A DNA stretch of 63,520 nt, filler included, from Octopus bimaculoides (taxonomy: Eukaryota): the NCBI RefSeq assembly GCF_001194135.2. It is 4 parts of 4 records of this genome, joined end to end, with 100 filler letters (N's around TTAATTAATTAA, not from the genome) between each part and the next. Parts side by side here need not be neighbours in the genome. Positions count along the whole stretch, not along the records: positions 1 to 31,039 come from NC_068987.1; 3 more parts are not named here. One strand, given 5' to 3'. Numbering within the stretch: position 1 is the first letter of the stretch; each line of letters begins with the position of its first letter. This document shows, piece by piece, positions 1 to 12,210 of this stretch. A program made the position numbers and the translations under genes. A model generated the notes under the pieces. The model was given only the letters and a program-made list of their open reading frames with translations, ran no database searches and had not been told where the DNA came from.

Positions 1-1101
1 GTTTGTTTGCTTGAAACTATTGAAACTTGGAATCTAAATAGTTTTATTTAATTTACAAAATTAAAAGTTGCTGTTTTTGGTTTTGCATTTTGATTTTCAA
101 AACGTTGCCTTCTAAATAAAATACAGCGCCACCTACGGATTATCAAATAAAAGGAATTCAAATAAACAGCAAAGCAGAAAAAGCAATTTCATTAAAATAC
201 TGGGTGCTGTAATAATTTGTTATTCGTGGAAAGAGCGGGTTTTGCAAACACGTGGTTACGGATCCAGTCCCATTGTGCAATATCTGGGGCCGTGTCTCTT
301 GCTCAAGTCCCAAACCAACCAGTGTCTTGTGAGTGAATTTTGTTGGCGGAAATTTTGTGGAAGCCCTCATTCTGTATGTGTGTGTGTGTGCGCGCGTGTG
401 TGCGCACGCGTTCATGGTTGTATTTGCATACCCGACACTGCTTGAGAACCGGTGGTGGGTTGCTTACGCCCCCATAATATTTTCTACGTCGCGAACGTAA
501 GGAAACGAAGCCTTTGGTAAATCTATGTCCAAAATATAAATTTTTGCTGTAATAATTACTGCTCTATTCTTGAGAGTGTATTTTTTTTTCTGATACAGAT
601 TTTATTGAATATATATATACATANNNNNNNNNNNNNNNNNNNNNNNNNNNNNNNNNNNNNNNNNNNNNNNNNNNNNNNNNNNNNNNNNNNNNNNNNNNNN
701 NNNNNNNNNNNNNNNNNNNNNNNNNNNNNNNNNNNNNNNNNNNNNNNNNNNNNNNNNNNNNNNNNNNNNNNNNNNNNNNNNNNNNNNNNNNNNNNNNNNN
801 NNNNNNNNNNNNNNNNNNNNNNNNNNNNNNNNNNNNNNNNNNNNNNNNNNNNNNNNNNNNNNNNNNNNNNNNNNNNNNNNNNNNNNNNNNNNNNNNNNNN
901 NNNNNNNNNNNNNNNNNNNNNNNNNNNNNNNNNNNNNNNNNNNNNNNNNNNNNNNNNNNNNNNNNNNNNNNNNNNNNNNNNNNNNNNNNNNNNNNNNNNN
1001 NNNNNNNNNNNNNNNNNNNNNNNNNNNNNNNNNNNNNNNNNNNNNNNNNNNNNNNNNNNNNNNNNNNNNNNNNNNNNNNNNNNNNNNNNNNNNNNNNNNN
1101 N

Positions 1102-1136
<35 letters not shown>

Positions 1137-1754
1137 CACTTTCTAGTTCATGCCGAAATTCCAACGAATGAGCTTTGTTATCGTTGTAGAAACCCACCTT
1201 TTCTCTTTTGGCATGAATTTTGGAAAATATGAGCTGAACACACATGCATACAAACATTAATACGTACATACAATCATACATACATTCATAAATACAAGCA
1301 TGCATATATTAAACACATACATTATCTAGTTTTGCATACGCTTAAACTAACGTTGAATACGTTCTATAAAGTTTCTTAAATTTTATCCATGTTATCCATT
1401 AAGAAGCGAAACACATTAACTGTGTTGGTCACGAAGGACAATATTCGACATATTCCGAGTAATAAAGTTCGTTTTATCCAACGGATTAAAACCTTATTCA
1501 TCGTTTCATTGAAGGATACCAATGCCTAACATATTCTAGATAATGCTTCGCCATTGCTATCAATGATTGCGTTTAATCAAAAACCCTTTTAATATCTTAA
1601 AATCATTTTGTATTTATGAAACGAGTAAACTTCGTAATACATTTGCATATTATCTAAATTAGTGCGGATAATCACTTCAAGAAGAACATTTCAACATGTG
1701 ATAATAACCCTCAGTCAACAGGGGAGGGAGTGATTCTACGTAGGTACTCGACGT

Positions 1755-1873
1755 ACTCGAAATAACAGCCAAATTTTCTTTAAATTACGCTGCAACGTCT
1801 GAAAATGCAGGACACGATGCAGGAATGTCGCAATTCGTGTGCTGGATCAGTGCCGATGTGGATTTAAGCAACA
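1755..1873 (+). mobile_element. Old SINE-like family E 3' part ending in (CAA)n; further degenerate copies on - at ~35670-35720, ~39470-39545, ~39680-39730, ~46510-46870, ~50340-50420
   Basis: Recurrent degenerate motif CAGGTCAG...GATCGA...CTATGATCAAAGG...TTCCA on +, preceded by TTGTTG tracts, indicating a - strand tail. Confidence 0.5.
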
Positions 1874-1905
1874 ATGGCTTAAATCCACAACATTAGTATG
1901 TGTGT

Positions 1906-2298
1906 GTGGAGGCGCAATGGCCCAGTGGTTAGGGCAGTGGACTCGCGGTCATAGGATCGCGGTTTCGATTCCCAGACCGGGCGTTGTGAGTGTTTATTGA
2001 GCGAAAACACCTAAAGCTCCACGAGGCTCCGGCAGGGGATGGTGGCGAACCCTGCTGTACTCTTTCACCACAACTTTCTCTCACTCTAACTTCCTGCTTC
2101 TGTTGTGCCTGTAATTCGAAGGGTCAGCCTTGTCACACTGTGTCACGCTGAATATCCCTGAGAACTACGTTAAGGGTACACGTATCTGTGGAGTGCTCAG
2201 CCACTTGCACGTTAATTTCACGAGCAGGTTGTTCCGTTGATCGGGTCAAGTGGAACCCTCGACGTCGTAAGCGACGGAGTACCAACTACTACTACTAC
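1906..2298 (+). mobile_element. tRNA-derived SINE, family A with tail T1, full length
   Basis: A-box TGGCCCAGTGG (1918-1928), B-box GGTTTCGATTCCC (1961-1973), (ACT)n 3' tail, 12-bp TSD TAGTATGTGTGT at 1894-1905 and 2299-2310. Confidence 0.9.
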
Positions 2299-2434
2299 TA
2301 GTATGTGTGTATAAATGTTCGAATACACACATACACACACGTACACACACTTACACACACGTACACACACACGCGCGCACCGCACACACACGCGCACATA
2401 TCTATTTTATCTTTTCGTTTACCGTTTACCTGAT

Positions 2435-3390
2435 TCAGTCAATAGTCTGCGGCCATGCTGGGGCACCACCTTGAATTTTTTGTCGAACGAATCAACCCCA
2501 GTGCTTCTTTTGTAAGCCTGGTATTTATTCTATCGGTACATTTTGTCGAACCTCTAAGTTACGGAATGTAAACACACCAACACAGGTTATCAAGTGGTGA
2601 TGGGGGACAAACACAGACACACAATGATAGGTATACATATATATACATATACACATGAAGGGATTCTTTATACTCACAAGGCTTTGGCTGGCCTGGACTA
2701 TAGTACAAGACACGTGCCCAAAGTGCCACACAGTGGGAATGAACTCGGAACCTCGTTTATGAGACGATAAATATTAAAAAGTGTTGTTCAATAAAAAAAA
2801 TAAACGTTGGTAAACATATATGGAATATTTATAGGCACAAGCGTGACTGAGTTATTAGGAAGATCTGTTTGCCACTACGTGGTTTTGGATTCAGCCTCAC
2901 TGCACGACACTTTGGGAACGTGTCTTTATTATAACTCTAGACTGACTCTTGTGAGTGGATTTGGTAGACGGAAAGTGTGTGAAGGTCCGTCGTATTTTGG
3001 ACTCGCATGTCGTAAACGACAGAGGGGTTGAGCAATCACTCGATGAACAACCTGCACAGGTGATTTGCTTATAATGATCACGTGTCTGTGCTGTCTATAA
3101 GTTCACTCCCTCAGTACAGATGCACAGTGCGAAAGTGATCTCTAAATTCTAGGCCACAGTAGCCTGTCGTATATATATTTACCTGTGAGTGCGTTTGTTC
3201 CCACCTGCTTGACAACTGGTGTTGGTTTGTCTACGTCTCTGTAATTTAGCCGTTAGGCAAAAAAAAGTATGAGAGAATGAATATTACACTTAAATGAAAC
3301 AAATACTTGTTTCAATTTGTTCTACTAAATCTCTTCAAAACAGTGTCCGAATATGGTCGCAGTCCAATAAATGAAGCAAGTGAAAGATAA
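2435..3390. mobile_element. Head-to-head family D pair: 2435-2755 (-) and 2831-3390 (+, with a ~170-bp interruption)
   Basis: Both align to the 22566-22948 copy, in opposite orientations. Confidence 0.78.
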
Positions 3391-4121
3391 ACATTAGTTC
3401 ATTTTGAGCTATTGAACAAACATAAAAACAGAAAGGGGAATAAAACTAGACTGTAAAAAAAAAGAAGAAAAAAATACTTGGAAGTGTATCAACATTGATA
3501 TCTCAAAATTATAATGAAGTGATTGCTATGAAATAATAGTAAAAAAATAAATGTCAGTAATCTAGTTAAAATAGCTTCGCTGTGTTGGCAGCAAATGTAG
3601 TACAATGAAGAAAAATTGCTAAAATAAATGAAATGTATGTAGCAAATTAATTTGAGAAGTGTTTTAATTCGAGGACCGACATTTGAAAATAAATGTTTAT
3701 AAGCGTAACGATATTGCAACATTAAAAAGAGATGAAGTCGTATAAAAAATATTGACAAAATATTCAAAATAATATTTAAAAAAATTATATGCAGAAAATC
3801 TTATTTGGTTTTTCTTCAATTTGGTGCCAGGATTCAGCGAGAATATTTTTAACTCTCTGTTTCAAGTTCAGAGTTAGCATAATATATATTAGGTTTTTGA
3901 GATAAATCCATTCGTTTCATTCCAGTGTTATTTGAATAAACACAAGCAAAATAATATTTCCATTTCTCTCGTAGTGTGTTATGGGTTTGTATTTTGTAAC
4001 TCTGCTCTTTCTCTTAAACTTTTGTTTATCGATTTTCAAATTTCAATAGATTTGACTTCCCTTCAGACACATGGCGTACTAACGTGTCTGCCAACTCAAG
4101 CCGTAATATTTCTTACAATTG

Positions 4122-4395
4122 AAGGTGGCGAGGTGGCGGAATCGTCTGTCTTTACGTTCTGAGTTCAAATTCTACGGAGGTCGATTTTGTCTCTCATCCT
4201 TTCGGGGTCGATAAATTAAGTACTAGTTGCGTACCGGGGTCGATCTAATCGACTGGCCACCTTCCCCCAAAATTTCAGGCCTTGTACCTAGAGTAGAAAA
4301 GAAAAAGAATAGTTAGTAAACCGGCCAAAATGCTTAGCGGCATTAACCCTTCCTCGAACTTGCTGGCTTTGTGCCAAAGTTTGAAATCGATATTT
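4122..4395 (+). mobile_element. SINE family B with internal deletion, followed by a second deleted remnant
   Basis: Head jumps from GAATCGT to CTGTCTTTACGTTCTGAGTTCAAAT; intact core and tail to ~4300; second remnant at ~4310-4395. Confidence 0.8.
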
Positions 4396-4919
4396 CTTAC
4401 AAATAGTAGTACACTATACTGTTTCGAATTGAACTTGAAATCTATATTCACATCATCCATTTAGCATTACGCCATCTCCTATTTATTGTCTCATAAATAA
4501 TTAAGAGAATTGTATTCACGCTGCAATAAATTGAATTGTTCTGTGTTAGATGTGGATATGTGTGTGTGTGTGTATGCAGCTATGAATTTTGCGATATATA
4601 TATAAATGCCAATAAATGACGCCCATTTTGGGAAGCAGAGATATACGGTGTAAACTGATATATTTTGAGCTTGGAATATATGTGTAGAGGAAGACAGGCA
4701 CCAACTGTACGTAAATCAGCTCTGTGTGTATACGTACATATGTATATGAATATATATATGTATATATATATATATATATATAATTATATATAATTATATA
4801 TATATATAATTATATATGCATACATATATATATATACACACACATATATATACGCACTTATATATATTTATATTTATATTAGACATATATATGCATATAT
4901 ATATAGGTGTGTGTATGTA

Positions 4920-4960
<41 letters not shown>

Positions 4961-5682
4961 GTTGTCTCTATCGCATACCAAACTGATTATTGTTATTTTA
5001 TTTTCAGTATTGGTGTGAGCGAGGGAGAGAGACAATGAAGGAGAGGGAGAGAGAGACAAATACAGAGAGAGTGTGTGTATGTGCGCGTGCATGTGTATAT
5101 GTTCGCGTCCCCCTCAGTCCAAGTCCATCTTCCAAGGTTTCCTTCCATTAAATTCCACTCCACGCACGGCGCTGTCTCCGCATGCATCTCCGGTAAAACT
5201 AACGTGTCAGCTTGTCTGACTTTTAATCGTGATGTGCCATACTATACGGAGCGAATTTCAAAACGATGCCGTAATGAGTACGTTTTATCATCATGCAACA
5301 CACGTAAAACCTTGTCATTTTTGAAACACAATCACACAGGCGCACGAACACACATACATACACATACACATACACACACACTGTGATCTTTCTGTCTATC
5401 GATCCATCAATTTTTCGATTTTGTAGTCAGTTCTGTCGATCTCCCTATAAAACTATCCATCTTTCGATCCAACATTCTTCTATCTGTTAACCCATCCTCC
5501 CACGGCATGCCCCTATCTATCTACTTCATTAATTACCGACTTGTCTGTTTATCAGTTTGGCCGTCCCCTTATCTATCTGTGTATCTATCTACCTTTCTTG
5601 TTAGCTACATATACAGCTGTCTATTTATCGCATAGGAAACTATTACTGTAATTGTTAGTATATGCATAATCCATGCACCCCC

Positions 5683-5867
5683 TCTCTTTCTCTAACTCTC
5701 TCTCTCTCTCTCTCCTTTTCTCTCTCTCTCTCTCTCCTTTTCTCTCTCTCTCTCTCTCTCCTTTTCTCTCTCTCTNNNNNNNNNNTCTCTCCTTTTCTCT
5801 CTCTCTCTCCTTTTCTCTCTCTCTCTCCTTTTCTCTCTCTCTCTCTCCTTTTCTCTCTCTCTCTTTT

Positions 5868-5898
<31 letters not shown>

Positions 5899-5933
5899 AT
5901 CTATCTATCTATCTAACTATCTATCTAAGTGTG

Positions 5934-5987
<54 letters not shown>

Positions 5988-5990
5988 CAT
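5683..5990 (+). repeat. Higher-order (CT)n-CCTTTT minisatellite followed by (TATC)n
   Basis: Repeated CCTTTT nodes separated by variable (CT)n tracts. Confidence 0.85.
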
Positions 5991-6346
5991 CTATCTGCCT
6001 TTTCATTTATCAAACGAACAGCAATTTATCAAGTAAATTATATGTATTAAATTATATTTAATACATTAAATTAAGCGCTTGGAGTTTAAACTTCCCTTTG
6101 GCGAAAGAATACGAAAACGTTGTTTTCATGCTTAATTGTAACTTCTTGCAGCTCAGGTCTAACCCTATTATTTCTTTTCGCCTTTCGTTTCAAACTATGG
6201 CAATTATCTTACTTAATTCCCAGGCGCCCCTAAATTTCAAGAAAGTCAATGGATGTAACTTTGATTTCGGTAATTTCTTCACGTTGTGTATAAGATTCTT
6301 TGCGTATGTATGTATGTATGTATGTATGTATGTATGTATGTATGTA

Positions 6347-6382
<36 letters not shown>

Positions 6383-6534
6383 TGCGTGCGTGTTTGTGTG
6401 TGTGAGAGCGCGCGCCTTCGCGTGTGTGAATGAATGTGTTTAAATGCATCGAAATATATGTCTATTTGATATGCTTACATGCATATGTATTTCTTTCTAT
6501 CTCACTCTATGTGTATGTGCATTTATCTATTCCC

Positions 6535-6602
<68 letters not shown>

Positions 6603-7588
6603 GTAGAGACAGAGAGAGGTAAGTAGATAGATAGATAGACAGATAGATAGATAGATAGATAGGTAAGTAATATTATTGCTAAATTTGTCTATTTCCCATT
6701 ACTTCAAGTATGTTTCAAGCGGAAGAGGCAATTGCGAGGCAGCACAGCATACCATTGAAATTCCATTGACGATCAGAGTTGTGAAACGGAATGTTGTACT
6801 CAACTGTCTTCTTTCCCCAATTTTTCTTTCTGTCGATAAATTAAATACAATTTTGCACTTGTAGTTTTCCAAGAACAATTTTTCTTGTGATAGCATTTAG
6901 AAATTATATCCGTTTTTCCATTTAAAGTATGATTCTTTTGATTTTTTTTCTGCAATGCATGTTGGCAATCTGTTATTTAGTTTTGTAAGATGTTTAGTAC
7001 TCTATGATTAGCTATTTGGTCTCGAAATTTTAAACAAATAGTTTTCTCATGTGTTATAGCTATCTGTTTGAAATGTCTTGTGTTCCTTGAACGTGAATTA
7101 ATGAAGCTTTTAAAGATGCTTCTGTTCACACAACTAAATATACACTTTCTTTTTTGCTACACACCCGAGAGGTAGTCTTCGTGTCGCTCATAATTGCTTT
7201 TGTCACGTTATCATAATCAAAGAGACATGTCTGTTGTCTTTCATGTATTTACGCTCAACATATTTGGTGTTTGATGTGACTCATGCAAGTTTAAAAACAG
7301 AAAATTTATCTTCCTAATATATTACATAACACTGTTGATATACTAGCTTACTTTGCTGATATACAAACTAAGAGATTGAAGTTATAGAGATGTATTCAAC
7401 TTGAACAATAGCATATATGTGCGTATGTTTCTGTGAGAGACACAAAGGTAAGCATTTCATAAGATGTTGCTGTTTGTAATATATATATATATATAGGGTG
7501 AATTCACAAAAAAAAAAAACAACAGAAGAAGACAGGTGGTGTAGAAAACAAATAGATGCATTAGTATAACGCTCGGGAATTGAAAAAA

Positions 7589-7626
7589 TCTTTAACGTTT
7601 CGAGACTGCGCTCTTCCATAGAAAGA
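7589..7626 (-). ncRNA. Degenerate hammerhead-like motif
   Basis: TCTTT-ctatggaa-GAGC-gcag-TCTC-GAAA-CG-TT-AAAGA: 5-bp stem I, 3/4-bp stem II, ACGT palindrome; CUGANGA box corrupted. Confidence 0.3.
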
Positions 7627-7674
7627 AACAAGGAGAGAAAAAAGTTAGTATAGTGGTTAGCGATCCATCATGGC

Positions 7675-7719
<45 letters not shown>

Positions 7720-7790
7720 TGTATTTAAGTATGTATGTATAATGTATGCGTGTATTATGTATGTATGAATATATATACACACACAAGTTA

Positions 7791-8170
7791 CCTGATCAAT
7801 AAGTATCCGGACTGTTGCCATAATAACGAAGCTAAAGCATGCAGAGTAAAGCCGCTTGTCACAGATTGACCATGTACTCTGCTGTAACTACACACTAAAT
7901 TTTTACATTCTAGCTCACTACCGCTGTTCACAGCAGTACTTGGAGGAAAGGTGTGTAGCGTGTGATCGTCATATTGACAATGACAGAAAAAGTTGAGTAG
8001 AGAATGTACCACAAATTTTGCCGCGCATCATACCCAAATCTTCTGTGATCGTCGACTGAACTGAATCGTAACTAATCTTCACATCCTCTGAGAGCTCACG
8101 GATGGTGATTCGACGATTTCCTCTCACAGCTGCACGCATATCTGCAATGCTTTCTTCAGTTCTGTTGGTT
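7791..8170. mobile_element. Mariner element remnant: left end and transposase start on +, HTH segment inverted on -
   Basis: TIR-like GATCAATAAGTATCCGGACTG shared with 28696; ATG at 7980 gives MTEKVE*RMYHKFC; - strand 8169-8012 gives TNRTEESIADMRAAVRGNRRITIRELSEDVKISYDSVQSTITEDLGM, a mariner second-HTH pattern. Confidence 0.75.
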
Positions 8171-8220
8171 ATCAGAAGTTATTGGATGCTTTATTGTTTC
8201 TTATCTTCACCTCTTGTTGT

Positions 8221-8611
8221 TGTTTCAGTCATTGATTTGCGGCCATGCTGGAACACCGCCTTGAAGGGTTTTAGTCGCGTAAATCGGCCTCAGAACATAA
8301 ATCTCTAAAGTCTGTTACTTATTCAATTGGTCACTTTTACTGAACTGCAAATTTACAAGATGTAAACAAACCATCACCGATTCACAAGAGATTTCTAGGG
8401 CGAAACACAAACATATATGTGCGCAAGCTCACACACACATATGACGAGCTTCTTTCGGTTTCCGTCTACCATATCGACTTCAAAAGTTTTGGTCGGCTGA
8501 AGGTTATCGTACGAAAACACTAATCCTAGATGAAGTATCGTGCGGTTGAGCACGGAATCACATGGTTGGGAAACAAAACTATTATAGGCGTAGGAGTGGC
8601 TGTGTGGTAAG
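8221..8611 (-). mobile_element. SINE family D with its 5' head inverted in place
   Basis: Body on - (8221-8575); head GGCGTAGGAGTGGCTGTGTGGTAAG lies on + inside 8577-8611. Confidence 0.75.
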
Positions 8612-9204
8612 TTGTCTTCCCCCAAAATTGCTGGCCTTGTGTCAAAATTTGAAATCAGTATAGCCCATAGTAGTTTTCAAGCCCTTCTAATTGTAGAAGC
8701 GAAGTCGGTTCTTTCAGGATTTGAACCTAGAAAGTCTAATTTCCGAATACAACTATCTAATGCAATTAGTCAGACAACAACTGCGCTTGGTAATCCATGG
8801 CGCCCTTTTGTTACGTTAGATTATCGCTTAGGTACATCTACTCTTATATATCATTATTATGTCATTTAATCCTTTCGGACAAAGTTTCTACTGATAACAC
8901 AAGTTATTTCATATTTATCTTTTTATAAATTTTATTTTATAAGTTGGAGCCTTTCAATTGCTTTACTCTCTTCGGTGTATTCATTTGCCAGCTCGATGCA
9001 GTAAACTGTTAGATTATTAAAATCATACATCAAAATATCAGAGGATATTTTTCCCTTGTGAACAAGATTGTGCAATGTACGTCGTCGCAGACATGTCTAA
9101 TATTTCGTTTCGCACACACACACACACAGACGCGCCATCAAATTTTCGCTCCTACACTTACTGTCAAATGTATAACAACAGATTATAAAATTCTGTCACT
9201 AGTT

Positions 9205-9241
<37 letters not shown>

Positions 9242-10539
9242 ATGTACGTAGATATATAGGTATATGTATGTATGTTTATCTCTCTCTCTCTCTNNNNNNN
9301 NNNNNNNNNNNNNNNNNNNNNNNNNNNNNNNNNNNNNNNNNNNNNNNNNNNNNNNNNNNNNNNNNNNNNNNNNNNNNNNNNNNNNNNNNNNNNNNNNNNN
9401 NNNNNNNNNNNNNNNNNNNNNNNNNATTACTGTATTTCGAGATGGTCATTTCTTTACTTTTTATATACTCTCTAAAACGCTCAGCTAGCATATATATTTT
9501 TATATACTACCCTACCCCACACACACACTCACAGATTGGTAGATGAATAGATATATATATATACATGTAGATAGACAGACGTTGAGATACATATATAAAT
9601 ATGTACACACACACACACACACACGCACACACACACACACACAGACCCATATTTATACATGAACAGAAACAGTGTTTAATTCATTTATCCTGCAGATTCT
9701 CTGGTGTAAATTATACATCTAAAAATTTCTCTTCTTAAACTATCTGCCCCTATATAGTATCTATTCAGAGTCCTAATCCAATAACTGAGAAAAACATTTT
9801 GCATTGTGTCACCTCCCCCTCCACACGTACATTTTTACCTTATATAAGAACGCTTCTTTATTCATATTGTACTCAATACTATCTTTACTGTGCATAGAAC
9901 AAACAATAATTGTCTTTGCCATTCATCTTCTTTAAATATGACAAACACTGCTGCGCTTGACCCATGCTTCGAATTCGTTTATATACTTATATAATTCTTC
10001 TCCGCCTCTTTCTACGTCGAGTATACAATTTGTCATCAAACCCAGCAAATAGCTTGCACATGTTTTATACGTTAGTCACTGGAGTTCAAATGATTACCTC
10101 TAATGTATAACACAAATTCATAACGTTTTAAAGTAAACACGAAACGTTATAACGTTATCTGGATGCTAGTTTGTTTCACTGAATATAAATTTCGTAGATG
10201 TCAAGTTTTTAAGGTTATCATTATTATTCAGATACAGCTACTGTTTGTCTCAATTACAACACTTCCATGCTTATGAAATACAGAGATGTACTTTCATAAC
10301 AAAACCTACTTCTTTGAAAACGGAAGTAGACATTGGCAACTAGTTTATGGAGTTAGATATAATTATATCTCTGTTATTGCGGATATACTGAGAATGGATC
10401 AGCAGAAACGGTTGAGCTATTCAGCATTTAGTTTTGTATTTCTATTTACTAAGATCAAATTCAGCTGGGTTTAATCTTACCTCTAACACGAAGTTTAATC
10501 TTACCTCTAACACACTCTTCACGTCTGTACTCAACGCGT

Positions 10540-10667
10540 CACTGCGCGAAAATTTTTGCGCATGCTCAGGAAGGACGCGGTCACCCAACATCCATACAGA
10601 TTTTGCTCACGCATTATTATTTTGTGCAAAAAAATCAGGGTTAGATACTTTTTGAATACACCTCGTA
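10540..10667 (-). mobile_element. Mariner-type terminal inverted repeat remnant
   Basis: On -: TACGAGGTGTATTCAAAAAGTATC (10667-10644), a typical mariner/MITE terminus after TA. Confidence 0.55.
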
Positions 10668-10732
10668 AATATGTTATGAATTGATTTAATACCTTGACTA
10701 AGTGATCATATGTAGTTTTACACACACACACA

Positions 10733-10870
10733 CACATGGTTGGGAAACAAAACTATTATAGGCGTAGGAGTGGCTGTGTGGTAAGTTGTCTTCCCCCAAA
10801 ATTGCTGGCCTTGTGTCAAAATTTGAAATCAGTATAGCCCATAGTAGTTTTCAAGCCCTTCTAATTGTAG
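10733..10870 (+). repeat. Perfect 138-bp copy of 8559-8696
   Basis: Base-by-base identical, 2174 bp downstream. Confidence 0.9.
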
Positions 10871-11189
10871 GCGTATAGAGATAGAAAGATAGATAGAAAA
10901 ACAATTTTTTTGTTTTGATTTATTTAATGGTTAAACAGAACAACTTCACAAGAATCTAATGTTTAATAGGCTTCTTTTATAAAAAGACACTTCAAACATA
11001 CTTTGAGTGAACTGATAGCGAACGGCGCCTCCAAACTTTCAAAATCACTCACCACGATAAGAAAAAAAACTGAAATTTCTTTAGGGAAAAATATCAATCG
11101 AGATAAGGATTTGAATACATAAATAAAACCAGGATGTTTCCAGAGGCCTGCTTCGAATATATATATATATATATAAAGTCTGTCATACC

Positions 11190-11229
11190 GGCCATGACGA
11201 AGGGAAATAGCCCTGAAACTCGAGTCGCC
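11190..11229 (+). ncRNA. Minimal type-I hammerhead ribozyme motif with a one-base core lesion
   Basis: GGC-C(a)TGACGA-AGGG-aaatag-CCCT-GAAA-CTCGAG-TC|GCC. Confidence 0.55.
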
Positions 11230-12210
11230 TTTATATATTTATATTTATATATTTATATATTTGATCCTTTATATTGAACACTCAATATTTCATCTACATT
11301 CAATACTTTCTTTCATGGTGCCATCCATTTTTATTTTATTTTATTTTATATTATATATTGTATATTATATTATATATTGTATATTCCATATTCTATACCC
11401 CACATTGGTTCTGCAGGAATATAAATAAAACATAAAAAACAGACAGTGTTGGNNNNNNNNNNNNNNNNNNNNNNNNNNNNNNNNNNNNNNNNNNNNNNNN
11501 NNNNNNNNNNNNNNNNNNNNNNNNNNNNNNNNNNNNNNNNNNNNNNNNNNNNNNNNNNNNNNNNNNNNNNNNNNNNNNNNNNNNNNNNNNNNNNNNNNNN
11601 NNNNNNNNNNNNNNNNNNNNNNNNNNNNNNNNNNNNNNNNNNNNNNNNNNNNNNNNNNNNNNNNNNNNNNNNNNNNNNNNNNNNNNNNNNNNNNNNNNNN
11701 NNNNNNNNNNNNNNNNNNNNNNNNNNNNNNNNNNNNNNNNNNNNNNNNNNNNNNNNNNNNNNNNNNNNNNNNNNNNNNNNNNNNNNNNNNNNNNNNNNNN
11801 NNNNNNNNNNNNNNNNNNNNNNNNNNNNNNNNNNNNNNNNNNNNNNNNNNNNNNNNNNNNNNNNNNNNNNNNNNNNNNNNNNNNNNNNNNNNNNNNNNNN
11901 NNNNNNNNNNNNNNNNNNNNNNNNNNNNNNNNNNNNNNNNNNNNNNNNNNNNNNNNNNNNNNNNNNNNNNNNNNNNNNNNNNNNNNNNNNNNNNNNNNNN
12001 NNNNNNNNNNNNNNNNNNNNNNNNNNNNNNNNNNNNNNNNNNNNNNNNNNNNNNNNNNNNNNNNNNNNNNNNNNNNNNNNNNNNNNNNNNNNNNNNNNNN
12101 NNNNNNNNNNNNNNNNNNNNNNNNNNNNNNNNNNNNNNNNNNNNNNNNNNNNNNNNNNNNNNNNNNNNNNNNNNNNNNNNNNNNNNNNNNNNNNNNNNTA
12201 TATATATGTT

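Noticed and set aside
1906-1980. tRNA-like sequences at the heads of families A, B, C and D
   Set aside because: They have A/B boxes but no complete cloverleaf or acceptor stem and run straight into SINE bodies; not tRNA genes.
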